Shown: piece by piece, positions 41,335-51,391 of the stretch
Layout of the letters: the number at the start of each line of letters is the position of its first letter
Numbering within the stretch: the first letter of the stretch is position 1
Source: Calditrichales bacterium
GTDB lineage: Bacteria > Calditrichota > Calditrichia > Calditrichales > J004
Length of the DNA: 64,000 bases
Direction: 5' to 3'
Assembly (NCBI GenBank): GCA_965267575.1
Contig: OZ254086.1
Coordinates: 2,240,001 to 2,304,000, forward strand
Position numbers and translations under genes: made by a program
The notes under the pieces: generated by a model
The model's database searches: none
Seen by the model: only the letters and a program-made list of their open reading frames with translations
What the model was told of the DNA's origin: nothing

Positions 41335-41365
41335 ACGAGGCGCCTCTTAAAGGTACATGTTGGTT

Positions 41366-41809
41366 TTATTTTTGGCGTACCAACGTCAGCCGGAAACCGC
41401 TGTCATTTTCTCCAAGCACTGTTACAAGCAAGGTATCCTGAGCCAGGAGTTTATACTGAATTTTCTTTGGAAAATCATGGTCTGGGTTTTCAAAGGAGTA
41501 GATTTCCTTGTGGGCGGGATTTAACGTAAAGCCAATGGTGCGGCCTTCATTCTGATCGGGCACCGTGGCTTCGTAAACAAGCTGCCCGTCGACTTCCCGA
41601 ATGACCAGCGTTTCGAAAACGCGCTGGCTGTCGCCCTGAACTTTATAGCCGTATCCCTCCAGGCGCTTCGGCCCCGTTTTCTTCCATTCTTCATAGGTGT
41701 CGCGGCCATCGACCTTCCAGGTACCGGCCAGGAAATCCATTTTAAAAGAAGGGCTGTCCGAACAACTCAACAGCAGCAATATCAACAAAAAGCCAACTAA
41801 TGTTTTCAT
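41366..41809 (-). CDS. DUF6265-like lipoprotein
   Basis: LLSC lipobox, LAGTW, E.W, FENPDHDFPKKI.Y. Confidence 0.7.
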   Translation of the reverse strand: MKTLVGFLLILLLLSCSDSPSFKMDFLAGTWKVDGRDTYEEWKKTGPKRLEGYGYKVQGDSQRVFETLVIREVDGQLVYEATVPDQNEGRTIGFTLNPAHKEIYSFENPDHDFPKKIQYKLLAQDTLLVTVLGENDSGFRLTLVRQK

Positions 41810-41820
41810 CCGCCTGCTCC

Positions 41821-42285
41821 TTATTTTAGTGACAATAAGATATCTACTTCTGCGTTGCTCCAATCATAGCTGCGCTGATCGTAGACCTCAAAGTCAAACG
41901 CATACCCACGGACGCTATCGTCTTTTGACCAGATTTCGCGCCAGGCATTCATAATGCAATAAGGCATTTTGCCGCGTGCGACGATTTTTTTATACGTGCC
42001 TGACGGAATCGTTAATTTCTCCAGACCATCGGGTTGGACCGCTTTGGGATCTACCCGGCAGCCAATGAAATAGGAGAAGGGCTGCGTGTGGTCGCCGTCG
42101 TAATCAAAGTACACGGCACGAACGGCGTTATCCAGTTTTCCCGCAATTTTGTTGGCTATTTTTTCCTGCTCAAAGCGTTGCCATAAAGCGCCGCAATCCC
42201 GGCTCGATTGCTCGTTTGAGTTAGTTGTTTTGCCCGGCAGCCTTATTCCGGCCAGGGTAAACGTATCAATACTTATGTGATCCAT
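41821..42285 (-). CDS. GyrI-like small-molecule-binding protein
   Basis: ALWQRF, YFIGC.V, IPSGTY, AWREIW, DFEVYD. Confidence 0.85.
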   Translation of the reverse strand: MDHISIDTFTLAGIRLPGKTTNSNEQSSRDCGALWQRFEQEKIANKIAGKLDNAVRAVYFDYDGDHTQPFSYFIGCRVDPKAVQPDGLEKLTIPSGTYKKIVARGKMPYCIMNAWREIWSKDDSVRGYAFDFEVYDQRSYDWSNAEVDILLSLK

Positions 42286-42293
42286 TCTTCTCC

Positions 42294-43151
42294 TTATTTA
42301 CCGTAGCGGTAATTTTGCAGCAGATGCCAGCTCGATTCAAGTTCAAAATCGGGAGTGTGCTCAAAAAGCATGTCCAGAGTCCACTTGTGATTGTCTCCAA
42401 CAATAATAAGAATGCGATCGCCTTCTTCGGCAAGCTTCAGCACGTTGCTCATCATGCGCACATTCCGTCGGTACCAGCGACCAAGCCAATCCGGTCCCAT
42501 CCAGTTTTTTTGTATGCCAACCCGTACTTCGTAAAGGTGCATTCTCTGAGCATTTATTTTTGCTGCCTGCGGTGAATTCATCAGCATTAAACGGTCATAC
42601 AGACTATGGCTGTCCAAAAGACTCTGATTGTGCTCCCAGGTTTCGATCAGCTCATTTTCGTACTTATTGTAAAACCCGTCATCGTTTTGCCTGGCGTAGG
42701 TGTTGAACGATCTAAAGGAAAAATTATCCAGCGAACCGATGTATTCGGTTTGGTCATCGAACAGATAGACGCTGTCATGCTCCAAGGCTTTGGCTACTTT
42801 GAAGCCAATCTGGTAAATCTCGTTGGGTTTGTCCGAAATATCAAAAGAATCTCTCAGAAAAAGTCGGTACTGGCGGTTGGTTTCCGTAAGGCGTGATGGT
42901 TCCCATTCCAAGACTACTTTTGTCGGATGAAAAGCGGCAAGAGCGGACACTACCCGCGAAAGCTGAGATTGATGGTTTTGGGCCAGCATAGTCGAGTCAA
43001 AGTGAAACGTGCCCAATATCATAACCGTTGAATGGGCCAGGCTGTCGAAATTTTTGAGCAGGTCTGCTTGCGGTTCCTTAGTCTGTCCATGCATGCCCGC
43101 ACAAAAGATCAATATTATAAAGAATGTTGTAATCGCTTTTGCTTCTTTCAT
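42294..43151 (-). CDS. DUF5694-like secreted protein
   Basis: VMILGTFHF, PTKVVLE, NEIYQIGF, WYRRN..M, G.NH. Confidence 0.65.
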   Translation of the reverse strand: MKEAKAITTFFIILIFCAGMHGQTKEPQADLLKNFDSLAHSTVMILGTFHFDSTMLAQNHQSQLSRVVSALAAFHPTKVVLEWEPSRLTETNRQYRLFLRDSFDISDKPNEIYQIGFKVAKALEHDSVYLFDDQTEYIGSLDNFSFRSFNTYARQNDDGFYNKYENELIETWEHNQSLLDSHSLYDRLMLMNSPQAAKINAQRMHLYEVRVGIQKNWMGPDWLGRWYRRNVRMMSNVLKLAEEGDRILIIVGDNHKWTLDMLFEHTPDFELESSWHLLQNYRYGK

Positions 43152-43240
43152 GGCTGTCCATTTGTTTTTGCGTTGCTAATTGTGCCGTCGCTAGATCTCT
43201 CTCGAGATGAAGGTATTGCTTTCGTCGCCCTGCACAGGAA

Positions 43241-43399
43241 ACCCATCTCCAACCCCTTCCCAAAATTTAGGGAAGGGGCTTATTATGCCAGCGGCTCCTG
43301 ATCTGTCATACCCGTGAAAACGGGAATCCAGGAAATACGGCTTTTTGCAGCGCCATAGCTAATTCCTGGGCATAGATTCCTGCCTTCGCAGGAATGACA
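43241..43399. repeat. CCCCTTCCC/GGGAAGGGG palindrome plus GTCA-REPIN
   Basis: 43241-43280; tgtcatacccgtgaaaacgggaatcc ... gattcctgccttcgcaggaatgaca at 43304-43399. Confidence 0.8.
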
Positions 43400-43483
43400 A
43401 ACGCCCGCTTTGTCTTGAAGGAGTTGAGGGATGCGTTGACATGAAAATATCGTATTACGCATTTATTCACCAATTCAATCCAT

Positions 43484-44146
43484 TCAGCGTTTGCGTGCCA
43501 GCGTCAGGCCATCGGCGATGGGCACCAGGCTGAGGTCAATGCGCAGATCGTCTTTCAGCTTCTCATTCAATTGGCGGATAGCGACGGTCTCCGCGTCTTG
43601 CTCACTGTCATCTGCCACGCGCCCGCTGTACAAAACATTGTCTATAGTGATCAGGCCGCCGGGACGGATGAGTTTGAAGCAGGCCTCGTAATAATAGTCA
43701 TAGCGTTCCTTGTCCGCGTCGATAAAGGCAAAGTCAAAGGTCCCCTCATGACCGTCCTGCAATAGCTGCTTCAGGGTCTCTTGCGCGTTACGCAGCTGCA
43801 GGTCGATTTTATGGTCCACGCCGGTTTTCTCCCAGTAGCGTCTGGCAACCGCTGTCCACTCTTCGTTGATGTCACAGCAAATTAGCTTGCCGTCATCGGG
43901 CAGGGCCTGCGCCATGCAGATGGAACTGTAGCCGGTAAAAGTGCCGATCTCGATGGCCTTTTTTGCGCCCATCAAACGGACCAGTAGCGCCATAAACTGG
44001 CCCTGCTCCGGGGCAATCTGCATGCGCGACATTTCATCTTTGGCGGTTTCGGCGCGCAGCTGTTTTAAGGTGTCCGGTTCACGTACGGAGATCCGCGCCA
44101 TGTAATCGTAAATTTCGGCCAGGTTCAATGTGCTGGCGTTTGACAT
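43484..44146 (-). CDS. Class I SAM-dependent O-methyltransferase (caffeoyl-CoA OMT-like)
   Basis: EIGTFTGYS, FIDADK, IDNVL, ADGLTL. Confidence 0.92.
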   Translation of the reverse strand: MSNASTLNLAEIYDYMARISVREPDTLKQLRAETAKDEMSRMQIAPEQGQFMALLVRLMGAKKAIEIGTFTGYSSICMAQALPDDGKLICCDINEEWTAVARRYWEKTGVDHKIDLQLRNAQETLKQLLQDGHEGTFDFAFIDADKERYDYYYEACFKLIRPGGLITIDNVLYSGRVADDSEQDAETVAIRQLNEKLKDDLRIDLSLVPIADGLTLARKR

Positions 44147-44156
44147 AAAAAACTCC

Positions 44157-45140
44157 TTACCCTGCCGGTGCTATATTTACAACCACATTGCCTTTTTTGT
44201 GTCCGGCATCTACGTAGCGGTGCGCTTCGGCAATCTGCTCCAGCGGGAACTGCCTGTCAATGGTCACTTTCAGTTTATTCTGTTCAATCATTTCTTTGAT
44301 CAGCTGCAGGTCTTTCACTTTGTCCGGCAGGCTCCGCAGACCTGTAAAAGCAATCGCCGCCTTTTTATTGCCGATGATCGAAGTGCGCAGCATTTGCAGC
44401 AAAATGGGAAAACCGACCACGGTCGTCAGGAAAATGCCGCCCGGCTTCAGCGCTTTTTTGCTTTGAGAAAACGATGTTTTACCCACCGCGTCAAAAACCA
44501 CGTCGTAGGTTGCGGCTTTCCGGGTAAAATCTTCTTTTTTGTAATCGATGACTGTATCGGCGCCCAGTTCTTTTACCATGTTTACGTTGGCCGTGCTGCA
44601 AACGGCCGTTACGTCTGCGCCATAGTGTTTGGCAAACTGCACGGCAAACGATCCTACCGCGCCGGAGGCCCCGTTGATCAGCACCTTGTCGCCGCTTTTC
44701 ACTTTGCCGTTGTCGCGGATAAAGGGCAGGGCGGTCAGCGCGCCGTAAGCCACGCCGGCAGCTTCCTGCGCGGAGATGTTGGCCGGTTTGTGAATAAACG
44801 CCCCATCCTGCGTCAGGCAAATGTATTCGGCGTGCGTACCGGAGCCGTTGGTGCTGTCGCCAAAAACAACATCACCCGGCTTGAAATTTTTTACGCTCTT
44901 GCCTACGGCCTCCACTTCACCGCAAAACTCCGTGCCCAATACGGGTTGTTTAGGTTTCATCGGGCCGGTGGCCATGCGCGCGAAAAACTGGTCTCCACGA
45001 CGAAAAATGCTATCCACCATGGTGACAGTAGTTGCAGAAATTTTGACAAGAACTTCGTTGTCTCCGGGCGTGGGTTTTTCCAGTTCGCCCAATTCCAGCA
45101 CATCGGGGGAGCCGTATTTTTTGTAGAGGACTGCTTTCAT
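44157..45140 (-). CDS. Zn-independent medium-chain NAD(P)-dependent oxidoreductase
   Basis: YGSPDVL, NGASGAVG, FDAVGK, GHKKGNVV; paralog of 36794-37768. Confidence 0.88.
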   Translation of the reverse strand: MKAVLYKKYGSPDVLELGELEKPTPGDNEVLVKISATTVTMVDSIFRRGDQFFARMATGPMKPKQPVLGTEFCGEVEAVGKSVKNFKPGDVVFGDSTNGSGTHAEYICLTQDGAFIHKPANISAQEAAGVAYGALTALPFIRDNGKVKSGDKVLINGASGAVGSFAVQFAKHYGADVTAVCSTANVNMVKELGADTVIDYKKEDFTRKAATYDVVFDAVGKTSFSQSKKALKPGGIFLTTVVGFPILLQMLRTSIIGNKKAAIAFTGLRSLPDKVKDLQLIKEMIEQNKLKVTIDRQFPLEQIAEAHRYVDAGHKKGNVVVNIAPAG

Positions 45141-45168
45141 GATTTCCTTTTTGTTTATGCTTCTTGTT

Positions 45169-45891
45169 TCAAGCCACCCGGGCGGCGCGGAATTGCTTTT
45201 TCACACCCCAGCCCAACAGCCAGATCGTTAACGTCACTTCGCCGATGGCTGCGGTCATGCCGACAACCCAGGCCAGTAGCTGTTCGTTGCCGGGCAGCAA
45301 AAAGTTGCCAAAACTTTCCGCCAGGTAGCCCAGGGCGGCAATGGCCATCAATACGCCCAGGAAGGCCGGGAAATATTCTGATTTATAAAGCAGGTAGCCC
45401 AGCAGCAAACAATGCAATCCAAAAAAAGCGCCGGCGATCAGGTAGCCGACGGTATGTGCTTCCATCAGCACTAAAGCCAGCGCCTGCAGTTGCTCCGCTG
45501 AAAAGACGCTGAGGTAATCGGCACCGCCCAAAAGCTGCAGCGCCATGTAGTGGTTCAACAGGTTGATGCCGGCGATGGCCGGGTGGGCCAGCAGACGCAG
45601 CGCTGCCGTAATAAGTGCCAGGGTTTTGCTGACCGGCCTGAGCAACACATAAAACAGAACCGAGACAATCGCATCGAGGATAAAGGCAATCAAATCGCCG
45701 GCAAAGCCAAACCGGAAAAGGCCCGGGGCAGCCATGATATTTTGTGCCGTGGCCACCGCATCGCCGGGGACGACCAGTTCAGCGCGCACATAGCCCTGGC
45801 TGAATCCGGCGAAGATAATGATAAGCAGGTACAAGACACCGGTAACACGGGCATAAACCTGCGGGGATGTTTGGACGGCTGATTTCGCCAT
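45169..45891 (-). CDS. DUF4386 membrane protein
   Basis: ARVTGVLYL, FFGLH..LLGYL.YKS..P..LG, GE....WLL. Confidence 0.8.
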   Translation of the reverse strand: MAKSAVQTSPQVYARVTGVLYLLIIIFAGFSQGYVRAELVVPGDAVATAQNIMAAPGLFRFGFAGDLIAFILDAIVSVLFYVLLRPVSKTLALITAALRLLAHPAIAGINLLNHYMALQLLGGADYLSVFSAEQLQALALVLMEAHTVGYLIAGAFFGLHCLLLGYLLYKSEYFPAFLGVLMAIAALGYLAESFGNFLLPGNEQLLAWVVGMTAAIGEVTLTIWLLGWGVKKQFRAARVA

Positions 45892-46044
45892 GTACTGTTC
45901 TCCATTGGTGAAGGGTGATTAAACATTACGCCGGGAATGAATGGCGGGGTATTGCAGGGAGTTTTGGGCTAAAAATAATCAGGTAATGGGCTGCGGCAAG
46001 TTTAGAAAGTTTTGTGTTGCAACGCAACCGCTGAGGGAGCCGGC

Positions 46045-46368
46045 TTAATTTTTCTTTTTCTTTTTGGGCGCTGGCAATTCTTTAACCGTAAGCCGGACCA
46101 GTTCGCTGAGCCAGGCGCGGTCATCCAGTTTCTCTTCAATCAAAAAACTGTTTTTGGCCCCGGGGTAGGGCGGTGCTTCCAGCACATCGCCAATGTAGTC
46201 GCGGCCTGTTTGCGTGGGCTTGATGAACAATTTATTGTTGCAAATCAGTGCAAAGATTTTACCATCGGCCCAGATACCATATTCACCAAACATCTTTTTC
46301 CAGGTGAGTTCGCCATCGTAATCAATCTGGTCAACAACATATTTTACAAAAGATTCATCTGTTGCCAT
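46045..46368 (-). CDS. TfoX N-terminal domain protein
   Basis: KKMFGEYG, LFIKPT, PPYPGAK. Confidence 0.85.
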   Translation of the reverse strand: MATDESFVKYVVDQIDYDGELTWKKMFGEYGIWADGKIFALICNNKLFIKPTQTGRDYIGDVLEAPPYPGAKNSFLIEEKLDDRAWLSELVRLTVKELPAPKKKKKN

Positions 46369-46385
46369 TGGTGTTCTCCTTTAGT

Positions 46386-46721
46386 TTACCAGCGCAGCGT
46401 TGCGCCGTTTTCGCACACGTGCCCGGATTGGATGATGCTTGTTAAAACAAAAATATCCGCCTCGTTTAGTTGCAGTTTTGCGGACAAAATTTTCACCAGG
46501 CTCTCCTGTATGCGGGCGACGTCAGCTTCCGGCCATAGTGACGGCAGGTAAAGGTTCACCATGAGCGTGTAGTTTTTGCCACACTGTGCCGCCAGCGGGA
46601 TGGCGTTTAGGGTGACATCAGAGAGGTCCACGCCAATATCGGCGGCCCATTGCAAGGCGATTTCAGCCCAGCTGTTTTTGGAAACTGAAATGTCTTTGCA
46701 AAAGCAGTGCGCGATGGGCAT
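46386..46721 (-). CDS. Hypothetical protein, tautomerase/MIF-like (N-terminal Pro)
   Basis: MP start and two-repeat beta-alpha-beta pattern; weak. Confidence 0.45.
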   Translation of the reverse strand: MPIAHCFCKDISVSKNSWAEIALQWAADIGVDLSDVTLNAIPLAAQCGKNYTLMVNLYLPSLWPEADVARIQESLVKILSAKLQLNEADIFVLTSIIQSGHVCENGATLRW

Positions 46722-46766
46722 TCTTTTTATCCACGGTTGTTTAGGCCCTAAAACGGGCCGGTTTTA

Positions 46767-47819
46767 TTATTGCTCCAGGAAATCAGCGATCGCAGCGATG
46801 TACGCCTCCCGCTGTTCCCACCAAATGATATGCCCGGCATTTTCAATAAAACGGTAGCGGGCGTTCGGGTAGTAATCTACATATTCCATGGCCGCGCCAA
46901 AAGGGATGTATTCACATTGACCCTGCAGCACCAGCACCGGTGCCTGAACGCGGGCCAGTTGATCCCTTACTTTGGGCATATCGTTATTGTTGGTGGCCAG
47001 GTAGGCGTAAAGCCCGCCGCCGCCTTCTTCGGGCAAGACGTTGGCCGGATCGCAGACCATGCCGCGGGTAAAGGTGGCCGCCAGCGCGTTAAGCATGCGG
47101 TCCATCTGCGTGTCGGAAATCAGCTTAACGTCCAGGAGCAGTGCACCCAGCGTGGCGACGATCGCTTTGGGTTTGGCCGCGGTCAGGTTTACGTCGTCCA
47201 CAAAGTTGTAGGGTTCTGTAAAGTCCAGCGAATCCGGTGTGAGGTAAAGCGAGTCGAGATCGGCGTATCGTCCTTTGATTTGGCGGTGTGGCAACATCAC
47301 GCCGGGGGAGCTGAAAACCAGCTTGTCCACCAGCGCCGGATGCCTGGCCGCGTAGTGGTTGACGATATTGGCGCCAAAGGAGTGCCCGATGAGTATCACT
47401 TTTTCAGTTTTGATTTTTTGAGTAATGATTTCATGCAGGTCCTGCAAATGCTTTTCGAAGCTGACATCGGAGTAGGCTGGCAGACGGTCGGAGAGACCGG
47501 AGCCGCGCTGGTCGTAGAGGTAGACGTCGTGGCCGCGGGATGTAAACGCGGTCATTGTTTCGATTATGCTGGAGTGGATGTAGCCGCCCGGGCCGCCGTG
47601 GACGAAAATAATAGGACTCTTAGTGCTGTCTGCCGCTGCCGCTAGATGTGTGTAGGCAATGCGAAAGCTCCCGCTCATCTCCCAATATTGTGTGCTTTCG
47701 CGGGGTTGTATCTTTGCTACCGTTTCCTTCTCCGGGATGATAAGCAAAAGCAGAAAAAAAATAGCCAGCAGCGCGGCAAAAGCAGAAATCCATTTAAAAA
47801 GCTTTTTAACAAGGCGCAA
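46767..47819 (-). CDS. Membrane-anchored alpha/beta hydrolase (proline iminopeptidase-like)
   Basis: HGGPG, YDQRGSG, GHSFG nucleophile elbow, AGH. Confidence 0.85.
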   Translation of the reverse strand: MRLVKKLFKWISAFAALLAIFFLLLLIIPEKETVAKIQPRESTQYWEMSGSFRIAYTHLAAAADSTKSPIIFVHGGPGGYIHSSIIETMTAFTSRGHDVYLYDQRGSGLSDRLPAYSDVSFEKHLQDLHEIITQKIKTEKVILIGHSFGANIVNHYAARHPALVDKLVFSSPGVMLPHRQIKGRYADLDSLYLTPDSLDFTEPYNFVDDVNLTAAKPKAIVATLGALLLDVKLISDTQMDRMLNALAATFTRGMVCDPANVLPEEGGGGLYAYLATNNNDMPKVRDQLARVQAPVLVLQGQCEYIPFGAAMEYVDYYPNARYRFIENAGHIIWWEQREAYIAAIADFLEQ

Positions 47820-47909
47820 AAGAGGTTCCTTACGGGGATGATATGTGTCGGATAATTTTAGGCACTATACGTTTATACTGAAAAAAGTTTGGCGCAAAAG
47901 GCTAAATAT

Positions 47910-48350
47910 TTAAAGCGTATAGTAAAAGTGCAGCACATCTTCTTCATTACTCGGCGCCGTGGCGCGGTAAAAATCCAACGCGTGCTTATCCGGGCGGTCG
48001 GCCTGCACAAACACTTCCTCGTAGCCCAGTTGGGTGCAATGTTCTTTAATGAAAGCGATCAATTTTTTGCCAACGCCTTTTCTCTGGTAAGCCTGCAAAA
48101 CAGCCAGGTCATAAATATAGGCCAACGGTTTTGTGGAATAATATTGGTCCAGCGTATAAACCGTCATTGCGCCGATTGTCTTATTGCCGTCTTTTGCTGC
48201 AACGGCCATAAAGCCCGGTTTTTGCAAAAGTGCTTCCAGGTGCCGCTTTTCGGGCATGACAAAATTTTCCATCTCGAAGACATCCTCAAACAGACGGATC
48301 ATCGTGATGAATTCGTCCGGTTCTTGATGTGAAAGCAGCTTAATTTCCAT
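47910..48350 (-). CDS. GNAT acetyltransferase (AAC(3)-I-like)
   Basis: YIYDLAV..YQRKGVG, FVQAD..D..A..FY. Confidence 0.8.
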   Translation of the reverse strand: MEIKLLSHQEPDEFITMIRLFEDVFEMENFVMPEKRHLEALLQKPGFMAVAAKDGNKTIGAMTVYTLDQYYSTKPLAYIYDLAVLQAYQRKGVGKKLIAFIKEHCTQLGYEEVFVQADRPDKHALDFYRATAPSNEEDVLHFYYTL

Positions 48351-49386
48351 TGCTATCTCCAAGGGTTGGCTGTTTTTCCGTAATGCGAACATCATCTTTG
48401 GGCAGGCGCGATATGAGCTTTAGGGTTTCACTCGAGAAACCGGCCCGTGCCAGCAGAACAGCGCCATATTCTCCGGCATTGTAAAGTGGGTAATCGCTCC
48501 CAAAAACTATCCTGTGTACTCCGATTTTCGCCATATACCTTTTTAACTCCCTGAACTCATTATCACTCAGGGCGTCGGCCCCTTCGGCATCTTTGTTCAG
48601 GCCTACGCCGGAAATATCAAAACGGATATTGTGCTTTCGGACGTGCTCTTTTTCCAGCGCTCCGGCAAACGCATCGATGACTGCCTTTGTCTTTTTTGTA
48701 AATCCGCCGGACGTGCCCCAATGGGCGATCGTTAAGCTAAGCGCCGGCATCTCAGGCAAAAGCGAATCCGCCAGGATTTCCACATCGCCACGCCCGAACG
48801 CTGCCGAGCCGTTATCGAAATGCAGCAGAACGGGAATGCCGTTTATCGCGGCCCTTAACAATAACGCTCCGACTTTTTGGCGATGGTCCCGTAGCTTTAA
48901 ATTTACGTTTGATGTATAAAAATGCAGCTTAATGCCGCATTCCGGGTTGATCGCGAAGCAGCGCTCAAGCTCCTCCAACGCGTAATCCTGAAGCGGATCA
49001 ATGGCAAAAAAGGGCCTGACGCGGGCGGAGTACTTTTTTGCCGCTTCGGCCAGCCAGTTGTTTTCGGCCTTAAGCCTGGCCCATGCGTCTGCGGCACGAT
49101 AATATTCACGGTTTTCAAAGACATAACCCATTCCAATGAGGTCAATAAACCGCGCGCCATTCTTGTGCAGAATCGTGTCGATGTTGGAATAGCTGGCCTC
49201 TGATCTTGAAAAGGGGATACCGGCATCTTTCCACCGGCTGATCAGGTAGGGGCTCATAATATGGACATGGCTGTCGTAATCGATCTGCGGCGCCGGAATG
49301 TTGTAGGTGGCGGGTTGAGAGTTGTTGCAGGTCCACAATAATGCGCCTGCGAAAAATAACGGGAGTGTTGCTATAAGCTGCTTCAA
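48340..49386 (-). CDS. Amidohydrolase_2 family metallo-hydrolase, lipoprotein
   Basis: DSHVH, KLH, LLH, AHWG, FGSDYP. Confidence 0.8.
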   Translation of the reverse strand: MKQLIATLPLFFAGALLWTCNNSQPATYNIPAPQIDYDSHVHIMSPYLISRWKDAGIPFSRSEASYSNIDTILHKNGARFIDLIGMGYVFENREYYRAADAWARLKAENNWLAEAAKKYSARVRPFFAIDPLQDYALEELERCFAINPECGIKLHFYTSNVNLKLRDHRQKVGALLLRAAINGIPVLLHFDNGSAAFGRGDVEILADSLLPEMPALSLTIAHWGTSGGFTKKTKAVIDAFAGALEKEHVRKHNIRFDISGVGLNKDAEGADALSDNEFRELKRYMAKIGVHRIVFGSDYPLYNAGEYGAVLLARAGFSSETLKLISRLPKDDVRITEKQPTLGDSNGN

Positions 49387-49877
49387 AGCCGGCTGCTTTC
49401 GTCTTCCATCAGCGTTTTTTTAATCAGCACAATCTGGCCCAAATGATAGTGCGTGTGCTCGATGACGCCCTGCAGGTTGCGGTAGCAGCTGCCGTACTTT
49501 TTCTCCGTGAAATCATCCCACAGCTTTTCTTCGGGCAGCTTTTCGATCAGCTCGGCAAAACGTTCGCCATCGTGCCACAGCTTGTCCAGAAGCGCCTGCC
49601 ACTCTTCGGCGGATTGTATCGGCGGGTGGTTAAAGCTGTGGGCATCTTTTGCCTCCAGCCTGCCGCCGTCAAGCACCCGTGAAACCGCTTCCACGTAGTA
49701 GTTTATGTGATACACCAGCGCGGCGATCGTATTATAAGAATGCAGCTTTGTTGTGGCCTGCCGCCAGGTGACGCCTGCCAGTTGGCCCTTTAAGTTGGAG
49801 TCCGTCCAGTTACCGCCAAAATAGACCTCACGGAGGTGGCCGGCGATTTGGGCGGGCAGGGAGTTTTTGATTTCCAT
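49383..49877 (-). CDS. DinB/DUF1572-like protein
   Basis: NTIAALVYH, EHTHYHLGQI. Confidence 0.82.
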   Translation of the reverse strand: MEIKNSLPAQIAGHLREVYFGGNWTDSNLKGQLAGVTWRQATTKLHSYNTIAALVYHINYYVEAVSRVLDGGRLEAKDAHSFNHPPIQSAEEWQALLDKLWHDGERFAELIEKLPEEKLWDDFTEKKYGSCYRNLQGVIEHTHYHLGQIVLIKKTLMEDESSRL

Positions 49878-49878
49878 G

Positions 49879-50451
49879 CTATTTCCAGTTATTCAATTTT
49901 TTAACAGTGTCCCAATCACCTCTAAGCACGCTGTAGAAGATGGTATCGCGGCGGCGGCCGTGGGCCATAAGCGTGTGGCTGCGCAGAACGCCTTCTTCCA
50001 CAAAATGCATTTTTTCCATGGCCCGCCGGGCATATGTGTTCAGCACATCGGTTTTAAACTCAACCCGCTCAAAGCCCTGTTTGAAACAGTAGTCCAGCAG
50101 CAGGAACTTGCTTTGCTGGTTGATGCCTTTGCCCTGGAACGGTTTGCCAATCCAGGTCCAGCCTATTTCGACGCGTTTATCACGCAGGACAATATTACCC
50201 AGGCTGGTGGAGCCGGCAAGTTGTCCGGAGGTTTTTTCGACTACGGTAAAAGCCAGGCGCTTTTGTTGGCGCATCTCTTTCAGCGCGGCGTTAAACCACT
50301 GCGTCAGTTCATCATCATTGGATAAATTGTAGGTGAACCATTTCCACATTTCGGCATCCCGCGTGAGGGGACGCATTTTATCCAGGTCGCTTTCCGCCAC
50401 CGGCCGCAAAAGGATATCTGCCGTTTCAAGCTGCAGGTCAAAATCAATCAT
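49879..50451 (-). CDS. GNAT N-acetyltransferase (RimJ/RimL-like)
   Basis: EIGWTW, RVEFKTD.LN, EGVLRSH, RDT..YS. Confidence 0.88.
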   Translation of the reverse strand: MIDFDLQLETADILLRPVAESDLDKMRPLTRDAEMWKWFTYNLSNDDELTQWFNAALKEMRQQKRLAFTVVEKTSGQLAGSTSLGNIVLRDKRVEIGWTWIGKPFQGKGINQQSKFLLLDYCFKQGFERVEFKTDVLNTYARRAMEKMHFVEEGVLRSHTLMAHGRRRDTIFYSVLRGDWDTVKKLNNWK

Positions 50452-50631
50452 ATTTTCTTTCCGGGATGAAGTGAAGAGTGGGGCAATATATTCAGGCAGG
50501 CCGGAAGAGACAAAGTTTAATTCACCGGGATAAAAAAATACCCGGCTCCTGGAAAGAAACCGGGTAACTGATTTTGCATACCGGTGGTATTATTCATAAA
50601 AAATGAATCCGGCTGTTTTTTTCGCGCGCCG

Positions 50632-51204
50632 TTATTCAGGCTTAAGCGGAGGACCAACAACCTGCATATCATGTTCGGCGAAGACTTGTGCAATCTCTTC
50701 CTTAGATGGCGGTGATACCCATCCGTCGGTAACGGCGAAGAATGATTCCATTTTCCCCGCGGGCAAATAGGATACAATCATTTTGCCTGTTTCGCTAAGC
50801 TGGATGAAAGCATGCGGGATATTACGCGGCAGAAAGATCGTGTCGCCGGGCTTCATGCGGTATTTCTGGTCACCAACCCGGAACAGGTATTCGCCTTCAA
50901 TGACGTAGAACCATTCATCCTGGTTTGGATGGATATGCAGGGGCGGACCACCGTTGGGCGTTAAGCCGGTTTGCTCAAAAACAGCAAGGTCATTCCCGGT
51001 ATCTTTGCCTGATATTTTTATATCCAGCCTGTTTAGGGTAACGCCCTTCATCGTGTAGGGAATGCCAAACCTGGCTGTGCCGGATTCAACCTTAAAACCC
51101 TGATTGGTTCTGGTGCCAAAAGCGGGCCTAATTCTGGCAAAGGCCATAACCGGCAAGGCGCTGAAGGTGGCGAGCATAAAATTTCTGCGTTTCATTGCTT
51201 TCAT
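50632..51204 (-). CDS. Cupin protein with twin-arginine signal peptide
   Basis: MKRRNF signal; PPLHIHPNQDEWFYV.EG, PRNIPH. Confidence 0.8.
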   Translation of the reverse strand: MKAMKRRNFMLATFSALPVMAFARIRPAFGTRTNQGFKVESGTARFGIPYTMKGVTLNRLDIKISGKDTGNDLAVFEQTGLTPNGGPPLHIHPNQDEWFYVIEGEYLFRVGDQKYRMKPGDTIFLPRNIPHAFIQLSETGKMIVSYLPAGKMESFFAVTDGWVSPPSKEEIAQVFAEHDMQVVGPPLKPE

Positions 51205-51391
51205 AAACTCCAGGGTTGACCATTTTGGCGCCAAATTTATTCTGAGTTCCGGGCAAAACAAAGCGATATTTTATTTTACGCTTGTTGAAGGCAACACCGT
51301 GTGGTGCGATTACGTTCATCTGATCATTAAAAAAATCAAACGCGTGCAGCGCTTATTCAAACTGCCCGCGATGATCGTAAGGGCAAATGTC

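Noticed and set aside
44130-45512. 460-aa plus-strand ORF
   Set aside because: Antisense to the oxidoreductase and DUF4386 genes
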